64,000 bases of DNA from Candidatus Daviesbacteria bacterium (GTDB taxonomy: Bacteria; Patescibacteriota; Microgenomatia; Daviesbacterales; UBA10151), in contig JACPEW010000011.1 in assembly GCA_016183305.1 (NCBI GenBank), positions 2,020 to 66,019 of the forward strand, read 5' to 3'. A program made the translations under genes and the position numbers. The notes beneath the pieces are model-generated. The model was given only the letters and a program-made list of their open reading frames with translations. It was not told the DNA's origin and made no database searches. Shown here one piece after another: positions 10,448 through 21,446 of this stretch. Within the stretch, counting starts at the first letter, position 1, and each line of letters starts with the position of its first letter.

Positions 10448-10857
10448 TGGGACTATTACAACCAAAAAGAACAAAATATAGAAAAACATTTAAAGGTAAA
10501 AGAGGCGGAGTGGCTACTAGAGGCAACAGCTTGTCTTTTGGCAACTTTGGCCTTAAGGCTATGGAGTGCGGTTTTATTTCTGCTAGGCAAATTGAGTCAG
10601 CAAGACGGGCGATGGCTCATTTTACCCAAAGAGGCGGACGTATTTGGATTAGGATTTTTCCAGATAAACCAATTACTAAACATCCAGCAGAATCAAGAAT
10701 GGGTTCAGGTAAAGGCGATGTGGAAGGTTATGTAGCAGTGATAAAACCTGGGCAATTAATTTTTGAAATGGGAGCTGTGGCCAAGGATGTAGCAGAAGAA
10801 GCATTAAGGTTGGCATCACATAAGCTGCCTTTGGATACTAAATTTATAGAAAGGTAA
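10447..10857 (+). CDS. rplP: 50S ribosomal protein L16
   Basis: 136 aa with typical L16 N-terminus [11 protein letters not shown]. Confidence 0.95.
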   Translation: MGLLQPKRTKYRKTFKGKRGGVATRGNSLSFGNFGLKAMECGFISARQIESARRAMAHFTQRGGRIWIRIFPDKPITKHPAESRMGSGKGDVEGYVAVIKPGQLIFEMGAVAKDVAEEALRLASHKLPLDTKFIER

Positions 10858-10861
10858 GAGT

Positions 10862-11140
10862 ATGAAAAAGAACGAATTTATACAAATTAAAGGTTTAGAT
10901 TTAAAAGAATTAAAGACTAAAGTAAGCAGTTTAAGAGATGAAATAGCAAATTTAGTTTTAGATAAAAATATGAAAAAACTAAAAGATAAAAAGAGTATCT
11001 TTAAAAAGAAAAAAGACTTAGCTCAAGTTTTGACAATAGTAAGACAAAAAGGATTGTTGTTAGAATTAGAAAACAAAAAAGAACTAAAACTTACAGCAGT
11101 TGGAAAGGTAGGACCCAAACAGTCCAAAACTAAAAAATGA
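10862..11140 (+). CDS. rpmC: 50S ribosomal protein L29 (Lys-rich C-terminal extension)
   Basis: 92 aa; position between rplP and rpsQ; N-terminal L29-like helix. Confidence 0.85.
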   Translation: MKKNEFIQIKGLDLKELKTKVSSLRDEIANLVLDKNMKKLKDKKSIFKKKKDLAQVLTIVRQKGLLLELENKKELKLTAVGKVGPKQSKTKK

Positions 11141-11547
11141 TAGGAAGAGTTACTTCAACAAGAATGAATACAACAGTTACAGTTTTAGTAGAAAGGGTTG
11201 CTATGCATCCTTTATACAAAAAGACTTATCTGCAAAGTAAGAAATATTTAGTAGATGCTCCTATGGAATTAAAAGAAGGAGACATGGTAGAGATTATAAA
11301 AGTCAGGCCAATTTCTAAGAATAAACATTGGAGGGTTGCGGAAGTAATTGGCAGGAATTTAGCAGAAATTACAGAAGAGCATTTAAAAGCTGAGGCTGAA
11401 AAAGTCATTTCAGAAGTGATGCCAGAGGAAAAGGAAGAGCTAAAAACTATTCGAGAGCCTCAGGTTGAAGAAGGCAAGAAAGCACAAAGAGTTGTAGAAG
11501 ATTCTACAAAGAAGTCTAAAACAACAAAGAAAGGGAAGGATAAATAA
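11137..11547 (+). CDS. rpsQ: 30S ribosomal protein S17 (C-terminal ~50-aa charged extension)
   Basis: 136 aa with S17 OB-fold core. Confidence 0.9.
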   Translation: MIGRVTSTRMNTTVTVLVERVAMHPLYKKTYLQSKKYLVDAPMELKEGDMVEIIKVRPISKNKHWRVAEVIGRNLAEITEEHLKAEAEKVISEVMPEEKEELKTIREPQVEEGKKAQRVVEDSTKKSKTTKKGKDK

Positions 11548-11549
11548 AA

Positions 11550-11918
11550 ATGGTACAACACAGAACAATGTTAACAGTTGCAGATAACAGTGGAGCAAAA
11601 GTGCTTCAGGTAATTCAGCCTTTGGGCGGTTCAGGCAAAAGAAAAGCTACCTTAGGTCAGATAGTAGTAGGGGTTGTTAAAGGAGCAGATCCTAATGGTC
11701 AGGTTAAAGATCATGAAATAGTCAAAGTAGTGATAGTTAGAACTAAAAAAGAATTTAGGAGAGAAGACGGTTCTTATATCAAATTTGATGATAATGCAGG
11801 AGTGGTTATCGATAATGATAAGAATTTGCGCTCAACCCGTATTTTTGGACCTATTGCTAGAGAAGTTAGGGAAGCTGGATTTACTAAGATAGTTTCACTG
11901 GCCCAGGAGGTATGGTAA
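11550..11918 (+). CDS. rplN: 50S ribosomal protein L14
   Basis: 122 aa with typical L14 sequence. Confidence 0.95.
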   Translation: MVQHRTMLTVADNSGAKVLQVIQPLGGSGKRKATLGQIVVGVVKGADPNGQVKDHEIVKVVIVRTKKEFRREDGSYIKFDDNAGVVIDNDKNLRSTRIFGPIAREVREAGFTKIVSLAQEVW

Positions 11919-12298
11919 TCGGACTGAAGATAAAAACAATTAAAATTATGAAAATTAAAAAAGGTGATAAAGTAAAAATATTATTAGGGAAAGATCAAGG
12001 CAAGGAGGGCAAAGTAGAGTTGGTTTTAGGTAAAGACAAAAAAGTTTTTGTTGGTGGTGCAAACCTTTATAAAAGACATGTTAGAAAACAAGATGATATG
12101 CAAGGTGGAATTATTGAGCTACCCAAACCTTTAGATATTTCTAATGTAGCCTTGATTTGTCCTAACTGTAATAAAGTAACCAGGGTAGGTTATAGTATAC
12201 AAGGTAATGAGAAAGCAAGCTTGTCCCGAAAGAATCGGGATAAAATTAGAGTTTGTAAAAAATGCAAAAAGGAGATTAAAACTGATGCAAAGGCTTAA
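11912..12298 (+). CDS. rplX: 50S ribosomal protein L24 carrying a C-terminal 4-Cys (CPNC...CKKC) zinc-ribbon-like motif
   Basis: KOW-domain core ([15 protein letters not shown]). Cys pairs replace the usual DPKTG and SKKSG segments. The true start is probably the ATG at 11948 (MKIKKGD). Confidence 0.9.
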   Translation: MVIGLKIKTIKIMKIKKGDKVKILLGKDQGKEGKVELVLGKDKKVFVGGANLYKRHVRKQDDMQGGIIELPKPLDISNVALICPNCNKVTRVGYSIQGNEKASLSRKNRDKIRVCKKCKKEIKTDAKA

Positions 12299-12824
12299 AC
12301 AAAAGTATACACAAGAACTAAGAGCAAAATTGCAGCAAGAGCTAGGTTTAAAAAATGCCTTAGCTGTCCCTGGCGTGAAGAAAATTGTTATTAGTATTGG
12401 ATTGGGTGAAGCTAAAGAAAATAGTGGTATTTTGGATAAAGTTAAAGTTTATGTGTCAATGCTTGCAGGCCAAGCGCCAGTAATAACTTTGGCAAAAAAA
12501 TCTATTGCTTCCTTTAAAGTAGCAAAAGGTCAACCAATCGGGATGATGGTAACGCTACGGGGTGATAAAATGTATGCTTTCTTAGATAAACTGGTAAATA
12601 TTGTTTTGCCTAAAGTCAGGGATTTTAGAGGAATTTCAGCGGACTCTTTTGATAGTTTTGGCAATTTAAATATTGGTTTGAAAGAGCAGACTATTTTTCC
12701 AGAAGTGGATTATAAAAGCATTGATAAGACCAGGGGCTTGGCTGTCACAATAACGACCAGCGCTAGAAACAAAGAAGAGGGTAAAAAATTATTAGAGTAT
12801 TTAGGAATGCCTTTTAGGATCTAA
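12285..12824 (+). CDS. rplE: 50S ribosomal protein L5
   Basis: Start chosen at [11 protein letters not shown], which matches the L5 N-terminus. The longer ORF from 12207 overlaps rplX in another frame. Confidence 0.92.
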   Translation: MQRLKQKYTQELRAKLQQELGLKNALAVPGVKKIVISIGLGEAKENSGILDKVKVYVSMLAGQAPVITLAKKSIASFKVAKGQPIGMMVTLRGDKMYAFLDKLVNIVLPKVRDFRGISADSFDSFGNLNIGLKEQTIFPEVDYKSIDKTRGLAVTITTSARNKEEGKKLLEYLGMPFRI

Positions 12825-12825
12825 T

Positions 12826-13005
12826 ATGGCAAAAGTAAGCAATATTGTTAAAAAGGAATTTAAATATGAAGTACAAAAAAGAAACCGTTGTATCAGGTGT
12901 GGCAGATCGCGTGGTTATATTAGAAAATTCGGCTTATGCAGACTTTGTTTTAGAGAATTAGCGCACTTGGGTTTATTGCCAGGTGTGAAGAAAGCGAGTT
13001 GGTAA
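12826..13005 (+). CDS. rpsN: 30S ribosomal protein S14 type Z (zinc-binding, 59 aa)
   Basis: [59 protein letters not shown]. The CxxC...CxxC pattern and conserved PGVKKASW end are present. It falls below the 60-aa ORF-track cutoff. Confidence 0.9.
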   Translation: MAKVSNIVKKEFKYEVQKRNRCIRCGRSRGYIRKFGLCRLCFRELAHLGLLPGVKKASW

Positions 13006-13006
13006 T

Positions 13007-13381
13007 ATGGATCCTGTTGGAGATGCATTAATTAGAATTAAAAATGGTTATCAAGTTGGTAAATTATCAGTTGAGATAAAATACTCTAAACTGATCTGGA
13101 AGTTATTAAAGCTTTTGCAAAAAGAGGATTATTTGACTGATGTGGCGCAAAAGGATAATGGAATAATAGCTACTCTGAAGTATAACTCTAGAATAGCTGC
13201 CATAACTGATGTAAAAAGAGTTTCTAAGCCTTCGTTAAGAATATATAAAGGCGTTAAAGAGTTGCCTAAGGTGTTAAATGGATTAGGTATTGCAATTATC
13301 TCAACGCCTAAAGGTTTAATGACAAACAAACAAGCGCTTAAAGAAAGAGTAGGAGGAGAGGTATTAGCATTAGTCTGGTAG
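13007..13381 (+). CDS. rpsH: 30S ribosomal protein S8
   Basis: 124 aa; typical S8. Confidence 0.95.
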   Translation: MDPVGDALIRIKNGYQVGKLSVEIKYSKLIWKLLKLLQKEDYLTDVAQKDNGIIATLKYNSRIAAITDVKRVSKPSLRIYKGVKELPKVLNGLGIAIISTPKGLMTNKQALKERVGGEVLALVW

Positions 13382-13396
13382 ACTAACAAATTTAAT

Positions 13397-13963
13397 ATGA
13401 GTAGAGTTGGAAATTCGCCAATTTTAATACCTGCCGGTGTAACAGTAGAACAAGCTGGAAATACGGTAAAGGTGACAGGGCCAAAAGGTAATCTAAGCCT
13501 TAATATAGATCGGGCAATTGAGATAAAGATAGAGAGCAGGAAGATTAATGTTAAAAGAAATAGCGATCAAAAAAGAGTTAGATCTTTACATGGTTTAACA
13601 AGGAATTTAATTGCCAATATAGTGGCCGGGGTAAATAATTTATGGAGTAAAAAGTTAGAATTAGTGGGAGTAGGATTCAGAGCGCAATTGAATGGTAATA
13701 AACTTGTTTTAAATGTTGGTTATTCTCATTCAGTAGAGGTTACTGCTCCAGACGGAATAACTTTTGAGGTAACAGACAATACAAAAATTAAAGTATCTGG
13801 AGTAGATAAGGAATTAGTTGGTCAGACAGCAGCAAATATTAAAAAAGTTAGAGTGCCAGATGTATATAAAGGTAAAGGAATCAGATACGAGGGTGAATAT
13901 ATTAGAAAGAAAGTTGGAAAAAGCGCTAAAGTAGGCGCAACTGGGGCAGCAGGAGTAAAATAA
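13397..13963 (+). CDS. rplF: 50S ribosomal protein L6
   Basis: 188 aa; typical L6. Confidence 0.95.
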   Translation: MSRVGNSPILIPAGVTVEQAGNTVKVTGPKGNLSLNIDRAIEIKIESRKINVKRNSDQKRVRSLHGLTRNLIANIVAGVNNLWSKKLELVGVGFRAQLNGNKLVLNVGYSHSVEVTAPDGITFEVTDNTKIKVSGVDKELVGQTAANIKKVRVPDVYKGKGIRYEGEYIRKKVGKSAKVGATGAAGVK

Positions 13964-13967
13964 ACTT

Positions 13968-14303
13968 ATGAATAAAACATTAAGGATTAAAAAACATCAA
14001 AAAATCAGGAAAAGAGTAGTTGGGACCAAAGACCGTCCAAGGTTATCTGTGTATAAATCAAATCAGCATATTTTTACCCAAGCGGTTGATGATCAAACTG
14101 GTAAAACCTTAGTTTCAGTTAGTGATTTAAAAATGGATAAGATGCAAAAAGGGCAGAGGGCATATGAAGTTGGGAAAAAAGTAGCAGAAAGCTTGCTAAA
14201 ACTTAAAATTAAAAAAGTGGTATTTGACAGGGGAGGTTTTTTATATCATGGTAGGATAGCTATGGTAGGCAAAGGCGCTAGAGAAGGAGGTTTAGAATTC
14301 TAA
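13968..14303 (+). CDS. rplR: 50S ribosomal protein L18
   Basis: 111 aa; typical L18. Confidence 0.93.
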   Translation: MNKTLRIKKHQKIRKRVVGTKDRPRLSVYKSNQHIFTQAVDDQTGKTLVSVSDLKMDKMQKGQRAYEVGKKVAESLLKLKIKKVVFDRGGFLYHGRIAMVGKGAREGGLEF

Positions 14304-14307
14304 GAAT

Positions 14308-14802
14308 ATGATGCAACCAAATAGAAGATTAAATAATAAAGAATCAAATAACCTGGAATCAGAGTTTTTTGAAAAAGTGGTGCAGGTTAACCGTGTTTCA
14401 AAAAAGACCAAAGGTGGAGATAAAAGATCATTATCTGTCCTGGTGGTAGTGGGAGATAAAAAAGGCCAAGTTGGAGTAGGGCTGGGCAAAGCTGCTGAAG
14501 TCCAAGCTGCAGTCAGAAAAGCTACCAGTTATGCTAAAAAACACTTAATTAAAGTTTCTTTAAAAGGAAGAACTATACCGCACTCAATCTTAGTCAAAAG
14601 TGGCGCAGCCAAAGTACTTCTAAAGCCTGCTCCAGTTGGTACTGGTGTTATTGCTGGAGGAGCAGTCAGGGTGGTGGCTGAGGCTGCAGGTATTCATGAT
14701 ATTGTTTCTAAGATCTTAGGCACTAAAAATCAAGCTTCTAATATCTATGCTACGCTAGAAGCATTAAGTAAATTAAAACATCTGAAAGAGGAAAAAGCAT
14801 GA
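14308..14802 (+). CDS. rpsE: 30S ribosomal protein S5
   Basis: 164 aa; typical S5. It is followed directly by rplO with no rpmD (L30). Confidence 0.95.
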   Translation: MMQPNRRLNNKESNNLESEFFEKVVQVNRVSKKTKGGDKRSLSVLVVVGDKKGQVGVGLGKAAEVQAAVRKATSYAKKHLIKVSLKGRTIPHSILVKSGAAKVLLKPAPVGTGVIAGGAVRVVAEAAGIHDIVSKILGTKNQASNIYATLEALSKLKHLKEEKA

Positions 14803-15233
14803 AAATACATCAATTGTTAAAAGTTACAGCAAGATCTAAAAAAAGGCTTGGCCAGGGAGTAGGTTCTGGAAAAGGTAAAACTGCAGGTAGAGGCACCAAA
14901 GGCCAGAAAGCGCGGGGTAAAATCCCAGTTGGTTTTACCGGCAGCCTGCCTCTTTATAAAAAATTGCCTTTAAGACGGGGTAAAGGTAATCCAAAAGTAC
15001 AAGCTAAGCCAAAATTACTCAGTCTTAGTCAATTAAATACATTTAAGGCTAATTTGGTTGTAGATATTGCAAAGCTTTTAGAGGCAAAAATCGTTTCCGA
15101 TAAGGATGCTAAAAATGGTATTAAGGTATTAGGCAATGGGGAAATTAAGACTGCTTTAACTGTTAACCTTCTAACATCAAATGCTGCCCGGGTAAAAATT
15201 GAGAAAGCAGGCGGGAAAGTAGGGAATGTCTAA
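14799..15233 (+). CDS. rplO: 50S ribosomal protein L15
   Basis: 144 aa; Gly/Lys-rich N-terminus typical of L15. Confidence 0.93.
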   Translation: MKIHQLLKVTARSKKRLGQGVGSGKGKTAGRGTKGQKARGKIPVGFTGSLPLYKKLPLRRGKGNPKVQAKPKLLSLSQLNTFKANLVVDIAKLLEAKIVSDKDAKNGIKVLGNGEIKTALTVNLLTSNAARVKIEKAGGKVGNV

Positions 15234-16518
15234 TATACTGGCCCCAATTTTTAATGCCTTTAAGATTCCTGATTTAAGAAGAAAAATCATTATCACAGTT
15301 ATTTTAGTTATAATTTTTAGGATAGCTGCGCATATTCCTGTATCTGGTATAGATTTAACTGGCCTTCAACAGCTTTTTGCCTCCAATCAATTTTTAGGCC
15401 TTCTTGATATTTTCTCAGGTGGAACTTTGGCTAACTTTTCAGTAATTTCATTAGGACTTAATCCATATATTAATGCCTCAATTATCTTTCAGCTTCTAAC
15501 CATGATTAGTCCTAAACTGGAAGCATTATCTAAAGAAGGTGAGATGGGCAGACAAATGATTAATCAGTATACTAGGTATTTGACTGTGCCTCTTGCTATT
15601 TTACAAGCAATTGGAATGTTTGTGCTGCTGAAAAACCAGGGCATAATTAATGTTATTAGTCCTCTTCAGATTGCTTCAATTATTATTGGAATGACAACAG
15701 GAACAATTTTCTTGATGTGGATTGGAGAACTTATTACAGAATATGGTATTGGAAATGGAATATCTCTTTTGATTTTTGCTGGAATTGTTTCTAGGGTACC
15801 TATTGTTTTAACCCAAACTGCCTCGATTGTGGACCAGACACAAGTAATTAATATTTTAATATTTATTGTTTTGGGAACTTTGACAGTAGCAGGAGTGGTA
15901 TTTATTAATGAAGGCAGAAGACAAATTACAGTCTCCTATGCCAGAAGGTTTGTAAGCGGTAGAAATGGCGGAACAGGAGCTCAGACTTATTTGCCGCTGC
16001 GGGTTAATCAAGCAGGAGTTATCCCTATTATTTTTGCTGTGTCTTTAGTATTGGTTCCATCTTTTGCAGGATCGTATTTAGCAAGCCTTCCCAATCCCCA
16101 ACTTTCTTCTTTGGGTCAAACTTTAGCTGCTAACTTTAACCCTGGAAGTGTAGTATATAATTTAGTTTACTTTTTGTTAGTAGTAGGGTTCACCTTTTTC
16201 TATACTGCAATAATTTTTAACCCTACAAAAGTAGCAGATGAGATAAAAAAATATGGCGGTTTTATCCCTGGGATTAGGCCAGGTACGCAAACAGCTGCTT
16301 TTTTAAACTATATTATGGTTAGGATTACTTTAGCAGGCGCATTATTCTTAGGCTCAATTGCAGTTTTGCCTTCATTGGCTTCGTCTGTTACTGGAATCCA
16401 AACTTTAGTATTAGGAGGAACAGGATTACTGATCGTAGTCTCGGTAATATTAGATACAGCTAAACAATTTGAGAGCAAATTAATTGAGAGAAGCTATGAG
16501 GTGTTTGCCAAAAGATGA
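15226..16518 (+). CDS. secY: preprotein translocase SecY
   Basis: 430 aa with 10 TM segments and conserved SecY motifs. Confidence 0.95.
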   Translation: MSNILAPIFNAFKIPDLRRKIIITVILVIIFRIAAHIPVSGIDLTGLQQLFASNQFLGLLDIFSGGTLANFSVISLGLNPYINASIIFQLLTMISPKLEALSKEGEMGRQMINQYTRYLTVPLAILQAIGMFVLLKNQGIINVISPLQIASIIIGMTTGTIFLMWIGELITEYGIGNGISLLIFAGIVSRVPIVLTQTASIVDQTQVINILIFIVLGTLTVAGVVFINEGRRQITVSYARRFVSGRNGGTGAQTYLPLRVNQAGVIPIIFAVSLVLVPSFAGSYLASLPNPQLSSLGQTLAANFNPGSVVYNLVYFLLVVGFTFFYTAIIFNPTKVADEIKKYGGFIPGIRPGTQTAAFLNYIMVRITLAGALFLGSIAVLPSLASSVTGIQTLVLGGTGLLIVVSVILDTAKQFESKLIERSYEVFAKR

Positions 16519-17039
16519 AAATAGCGTTAATTGGTCCACAAGGATCCGGGAAATCAACTCAGGCAGAACTGCTGGCCAAGGATTTAAATTTGCCTAAGAT
16601 TACTGTAGGGGATATTTTCCGCCAAATTGCCAGTGAAGATTCTGAAGAAGGAAGAAGAATTAATCAAATTTTAAGCGCTGGCCAGTTGGTTGATGACCAA
16701 ACAACAGCAAGCATGGTTAAAAAAAGGTTGGAGAAGGATGATGTAAATGGTGGTTTTATTATGGATGGTTATCCTAGAACTATTGAACAACAAAATATAT
16801 TTAACCCAAATTTTGATAAAGCGGTTTATTTAAATGTTCCTAAAGAAGAGGTGGTTAGCAGGTTGCTGCAAAGAGGCAGAGTTGATGATACTAAAGAGCT
16901 TATAAATAAACGTCTGGATCTATACTATCAACAGACTCAGCTATTACTGGATTATTACAGAAAACAAGGTATTTTGATAGAAGTAGACGGGTTAGGTAAT
17001 ATACAAAGGATTCAAGGTGAAATCAAGAAATCAATATGA
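16515..17039 (+). CDS. adk: adenylate kinase (short form)
   Basis: P-loop [10 protein letters not shown]; 174 aa. Confidence 0.92.
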   Translation: MKIALIGPQGSGKSTQAELLAKDLNLPKITVGDIFRQIASEDSEEGRRINQILSAGQLVDDQTTASMVKKRLEKDDVNGGFIMDGYPRTIEQQNIFNPNFDKAVYLNVPKEEVVSRLLQRGRVDDTKELINKRLDLYYQQTQLLLDYYRKQGILIEVDGLGNIQRIQGEIKKSI

Positions 17040-17766
17040 ATTGAACTTGATGAGAAAGTCAGGTAAAATAGCAGCCTCAGCTTTAGCTAGGTCTTTGGAA
17101 AATATTAAGCCCGGGGTAGTTGAGTTGGAAGTTGATAAAATAGCAGAAAGAGAGATTTATAAATTAGGAGGAGATTTATCTTACAAAACTGTTCCCGGTT
17201 ATAAATATGCAACTTGTATTACGGTAAATGAGGAAGTAGTGCATGGGATCCCGACAGACAGGGAATTTATTAAAAATGATTTAGTTAGCGTAGATTTGGC
17301 AGTAATGTATAAAGGCTGGCATACAGATTGCGCCTGGACTAAATTAATAGGAAAAGATAGAGAAAAGGAAAAATTTCTGCAAATTGGAGAACAGGCTTTA
17401 TGGGAAGCAACAGGTCAGGCAATGGCAGGAAATAGAATAGGTGATATTTCTGCTGCGATTCAAAAAAGAGTAGAGGGTGCTGGTTATAATGTCGTAAGAA
17501 GTTTGGTTGGTCATGGTGTGGGCAGGTCCTTGCATGAGAATCCGCAAATACCAGGGGTGGGAGCAGCAGGAAGAGGAATGGTTTTAAAAGAAGGTATGAC
17601 ACTGGCAATTGAAGTAATCTATACTAGAGGAAGGGAAGAAGTAGTTTTAGGCAGCGATGGTTGGACTTTTAAAACAGCTGACGGGTCATGGGGAGGACTT
17701 TTTGAGATGACAGTTATTGTGGGAAGCAAGCAAGCTGAAGTTTTAACAGATTGGAGAAAAGTATAA
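17017..17766 (+). CDS. map: type I methionine aminopeptidase
   Basis: 249 aa; pita-bread fold with metal ligands. Confidence 0.92.
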   Translation: MKSRNQYELNLMRKSGKIAASALARSLENIKPGVVELEVDKIAEREIYKLGGDLSYKTVPGYKYATCITVNEEVVHGIPTDREFIKNDLVSVDLAVMYKGWHTDCAWTKLIGKDREKEKFLQIGEQALWEATGQAMAGNRIGDISAAIQKRVEGAGYNVVRSLVGHGVGRSLHENPQIPGVGAAGRGMVLKEGMTLAIEVIYTRGREEVVLGSDGWTFKTADGSWGGLFEMTVIVGSKQAEVLTDWRKV

Positions 17767-17821
17767 TGCCACTATGGGTTGTATTTTAAAAGCTAATTTG
17801 TTAAAATAATCAAACATCAAA

Positions 17822-18073
17822 ATGGTTCAAAATACTAAAGGTGTTATTGAGGTAGAGGGCAAAGTTAAAGAAGTATTACCCAATACTTTATTCAAGGTAG
17901 AGATTGATAGAAGTGTTGAGCTGCCTGAGCTTTTGGGGCGGGTAATCTTATGCCATATTTCTGGTAAGATGAGAATGCATTATATCAGGCTTTTGGAAGG
18001 TGATAGGGTTAAAATAGAAATGAGTCCAAAATATGATTTGGATAAAGGAAGAATTACATTTAGGCTAAAATAA
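17822..18073 (+). CDS. infA: translation initiation factor IF-1
   Basis: S1-like OB fold; [19 protein letters not shown]. Confidence 0.92.
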   Translation: MVQNTKGVIEVEGKVKEVLPNTLFKVEIDRSVELPELLGRVILCHISGKMRMHYIRLLEGDRVKIEMSPKYDLDKGRITFRLK

Positions 18074-18115
18074 TATAACAGTTATAACAATTATAATTAT
18101 TATAAATATTATACT

Positions 18116-18232
18116 ATGAAAGTTCAGGTATCAATTAAAGCAAGGTGTAAATTTTGTAAAATCGTTAAACGCGGGAGTATGCTTTATGTGATTTGTTCCC
18201 GGGATCCAAGGCATAAACAAAGACAAGGATAA
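18116..18232 (+). CDS. rpmJ: 50S ribosomal protein L36 (38 aa, zinc ribbon)
   Basis: [38 protein letters not shown]; below the ORF-track size cutoff. Confidence 0.9.
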   Translation: MKVQVSIKARCKFCKIVKRGSMLYVICSRDPRHKQRQG

Positions 18233-18237
18233 AAACT

Positions 18238-18654
18238 ATGGCAAGAATTGCAGGAGTAGATTTACCAGAAAATAAAAGAGTAGATATTGGTTTAACTTAT
18301 ATATATGGTATAGGCAGATCTAATGTGGCAAGAGTTATTGAGGATACTAAAGTAGCACCAGATAAAAGGATAAAGGATTTAACAGAGGATGAGATTAATA
18401 AAATACAAAAATCAGTTGAACAATTTAAAGTAGAAGGGGACTTAAGACAACAGATAGAACAGGATATTAAAAGATTAGAAGAAATCGGCAGCTACAGAGG
18501 TTTAAGACACAAAAAAGGCTTGCCAGCAAGAGGCCAAAGAACCAGAAGCAATGCCAGAACCAAACGCGGTAAAAGAAAGACTGTTGGAACTGTTAGAAAA
18601 GAGGTTGTTGCAAAAACAGGAGGCCCAGTAACAGGGGCAAGTAAAGGAGCATAA
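18238..18654 (+). CDS. rpsM: 30S ribosomal protein S13
   Basis: 138 aa; [11 protein letters not shown]-terminus. Confidence 0.95.
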   Translation: MARIAGVDLPENKRVDIGLTYIYGIGRSNVARVIEDTKVAPDKRIKDLTEDEINKIQKSVEQFKVEGDLRQQIEQDIKRLEEIGSYRGLRHKKGLPARGQRTRSNARTKRGKRKTVGTVRKEVVAKTGGPVTGASKGA

Positions 18655-19058
18655 TGGCAAAAAGACAAATTACATCTAAAACAACTAAATCAGTAAAAAA
18701 AGTAGAAAAAAAAGTTAACAGCGGTAGAGTATATGTGACTGCCACTTTTAACAATACTTTAGTTACTTTAACAGATACTTCAGGCAATACTTTGGCATGG
18801 GGTACTTCTGGGACAGCAGGCTTTAAAGGCGCTAGAAGAGCAACCCCGTTTGCAGCTATTTCTGCTATGGAAAAATTATCCCAAAAAGCTAAAGAAGTTG
18901 GAATGAGCGCAGTCGAGGTTTATATCAAAGGTCCAGGATCAGGCAGGGATGCTACAATCAAAGCTTTAAGAAGCGCTGGTATTAATATTACTATGATAGC
19001 TGATGTCACGCCGATTCCACATAATGGTCCCAGGCCGAAGAAAAGGAGAAGAGTCTAA
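18654..19058 (+). CDS. rpsK: 30S ribosomal protein S11
   Basis: 134 aa; typical S11. Confidence 0.95.
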   Translation: MAKRQITSKTTKSVKKVEKKVNSGRVYVTATFNNTLVTLTDTSGNTLAWGTSGTAGFKGARRATPFAAISAMEKLSQKAKEVGMSAVEVYIKGPGSGRDATIKALRSAGINITMIADVTPIPHNGPRPKKRRRV

Positions 19059-19660
19059 TGGCGCGTTATACTGGTCCAAAAAGAAGATTATCAAGAAGAG
19101 AAGGAATAGCTTTGTTTGCCAAAGACGCGAAAGCTTTGGAGAAAAAAGGGGCAATACCTCCAGGTCAACATGGGTTAAGTAGAAGACGCAGAATATCAGA
19201 ATATGGTGTGCAGTTGCGGGAAAAACAAAAAGCTAAAAGAATTTTTGGTATTTTAGAAAAACAATTTAAACGATATTTTGATGAGGCTAGCAAAGTTAAA
19301 GGCGCAACAGGACTAGCTTTACTTCAAACTTTAGAAACAAGGTTAGATAATGTAGTATACAGGCTTGGCTTTGCTAAAAGTAGAAATGCTGCCAGACAAC
19401 TAGTCAGCCATGGTCATATTAAAGTAGAGGACAAAAAAGTGACTATTCCTTCATTTAAAGTGAGTATAAATCAAACTATTGCAATCTCAGACAAATTGAG
19501 AGATAATGCACAGGTTAAAAAGAGCTTAGAGGATGGAACGGCCTTGCCAGAGTGGCTTGATAGAAAAGCTACAGTTGGCAAGGTTTTAAGAATTCCAGGG
19601 CGTGAGGAGATGGAACAATCAGTTAATGAACAGTTGATTGTTGAGTATTACTCCCGTTAA
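19058..19660 (+). CDS. rpsD: 30S ribosomal protein S4
   Basis: 200 aa; MARYTGPK N-terminus. Confidence 0.95.
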   Translation: MARYTGPKRRLSRREGIALFAKDAKALEKKGAIPPGQHGLSRRRRISEYGVQLREKQKAKRIFGILEKQFKRYFDEASKVKGATGLALLQTLETRLDNVVYRLGFAKSRNAARQLVSHGHIKVEDKKVTIPSFKVSINQTIAISDKLRDNAQVKKSLEDGTALPEWLDRKATVGKVLRIPGREEMEQSVNEQLIVEYYSR

Positions 19661-19677
19661 AAGATATAATTAAAAAT

Positions 19678-20583
19678 ATGTTTAAAGTTAAAACTGAAAG
19701 TGAAAAAGAAAATTTTGCAAGAGTAACCATTGAACCTCTTGAAGCGGGGTTTGGCCATACTTTAGGCAATAGTTTAAGAAGAGTGCTATTAACCTCTTTG
19801 CCTGGCGCTGCTGTAACTTCAGTTAAGGTTGATGGAGTATCCCACAGGTTCTCAGTGATAGACGGAATCTTGGAAGATGTTATTGAGATTATTTTAAATA
19901 TCAAAAAGATACGTTTAAATGTTCATTCTGATCAACCAATTAAACTCAGAGTTAAGGCAACTGGAAAAAGAGAAGTTAAAGCTAAAGATTTAGAGATTGA
20001 GGGAGATGGAGAAATTGTTAACCCAGAGCAACATATTGCTACCTTAACTGATGCAAAGTCCAAATTTAATATTGAAATGGAGGCTTCCCAAGGAAAAGGT
20101 TATTCTGTTTCGGACGACAGAAAAACTGATGAGCTAGGTGTAATCTCTATTGATGCTTTATTCACCCCTGTTGTAGCAGTAAATTATAGCGTTGAACCAA
20201 CCCGTGTTGGAAGAAGAACAGATTTTGATAAATTGGTTCTAGATGTGACAACTGATGGAACAATTTTACCTTTGAATGCTGTGAATTTAGCAGCTAGAAT
20301 TTTATCCGATACTTTTCATAAAGTTTATGAACCTGTGGTAGAGGAAGAGGTAAAAGAAGATTCTTCTAAGATTTCTGAGGAAGTATTAAAGTTAACAATT
20401 GAAGAATTGGATTTACCGGTTAGAATTACTAATGCTTTAAAGGCTATAGAAATAAATACAATTGAGGATTTAATCAATACCCCAAGATCTCAGCTTTTAA
20501 AAGCCAAAAATTTAGGAGCTAAATCTATTCATTTAATATCAGAAAAGTTAACTGAGAGGGGGCTTACTCTCCGTGAGGCATAG
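19678..20583 (+). CDS. rpoA: DNA-directed RNA polymerase subunit alpha (short, 301 aa)
   Basis: N-terminal dimerisation domain and C-terminal domain. Confidence 0.93.
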   Translation: MFKVKTESEKENFARVTIEPLEAGFGHTLGNSLRRVLLTSLPGAAVTSVKVDGVSHRFSVIDGILEDVIEIILNIKKIRLNVHSDQPIKLRVKATGKREVKAKDLEIEGDGEIVNPEQHIATLTDAKSKFNIEMEASQGKGYSVSDDRKTDELGVISIDALFTPVVAVNYSVEPTRVGRRTDFDKLVLDVTTDGTILPLNAVNLAARILSDTFHKVYEPVVEEEVKEDSSKISEEVLKLTIEELDLPVRITNALKAIEINTIEDLINTPRSQLLKAKNLGAKSIHLISEKLTERGLTLREA

Positions 20584-21007
20584 AGTTTATGGCAAACACC
20601 TTGGAAGAAATAAAAACGAACGTCAAAACCTCTTTAAAGGGTTAGTTTATTCCCTATTTCAAACTGGAACTATTCAAACTTCAGAAGCAAAAGCCAAAGC
20701 AATAAAACCCTTAATTGATAAAGTGGTAAATCTGGCAAAGCATAAGCAGGCAGAAGATCAACTTAAATCTTTTTTAACAGATAAAAATTTAAGAGAAAGA
20801 TTAATTAAAGAGATTGTACCAAAGTTAGGTACTAGGACATCCGGTTATGCTAAGTTTGTTAGAATGGGTACAAGGGAAGGCGATCAAACAACTATGATAA
20901 AAATAAGCTTAATTGGCGCTGAGCAATTACAACCAATTTTGCAGCCAAAACAAGTTAGGGAAACTTCGCAAGTATCTGCTGTTAAAAAGGGAGGAAAGAA
21001 GTCCTAG
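20573..21007 (+). CDS. rplQ: 50S ribosomal protein L17
   Basis: GTG start; MRHRVYGKHLGRN typical L17 N-terminus. Overlaps rpoA by 11 nt. Confidence 0.92.
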   Translation: MRHRVYGKHLGRNKNERQNLFKGLVYSLFQTGTIQTSEAKAKAIKPLIDKVVNLAKHKQAEDQLKSFLTDKNLRERLIKEIVPKLGTRTSGYAKFVRMGTREGDQTTMIKISLIGAEQLQPILQPKQVRETSQVSAVKKGGKKS

Positions 21008-21038
21008 ACCCTAGATTCTAGTGGCTAGTCACTAACAA

Positions 21039-21446
21039 ATGTCAACTAATGTGGTATCAGCAAAAAATATTAAAAGACAAATTCATAATATTGATGCTAG
21101 TGGAAAAGTATTGGGAAGGTTAGCTGGAGAGGTGGCAACTCTTTTGATGGGGAAAAATAAACCAGGATTTGTTCCCTATTTAGATACAGGTGATTTTGTA
21201 GTGGTAACAAATGCTAGCAAGGTTAAAGTTACAGGCAAGAAGGTAAAAAATAAAACTTATACTAGACATTCAGGTTATCCTGGGGGGCTTAAAGTGGAAA
21301 CCTTTGACAAGATGATCATAAAAAAGCCGGACTATGTAGTTGAGCATGCAGTTAAAGGGATGCTGCCTCATAATAGATTAGGTAATCAAATGATCAAAAA
21401 ATTAAAGGTTTTTGCTGGAGAGGATAAAACCAATGAATCCAAATAG
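21039..21446 (+). CDS. rplM: 50S ribosomal protein L13
   Basis: 135 aa; typical L13. Confidence 0.93.
   Translation: MSTNVVSAKNIKRQIHNIDASGKVLGRLAGEVATLLMGKNKPGFVPYLDTGDFVVVTNASKVKVTGKKVKNKTYTRHSGYPGGLKVETFDKMIIKKPDYVVEHAVKGMLPHNRLGNQMIKKLKVFAGEDKTNESK

Noticed and set aside
12207-12284. Upstream extension of the rplE ORF
   Set aside because: It overlaps the rplX C-terminus in another frame. The L5 homology begins at MQRLKQKY.
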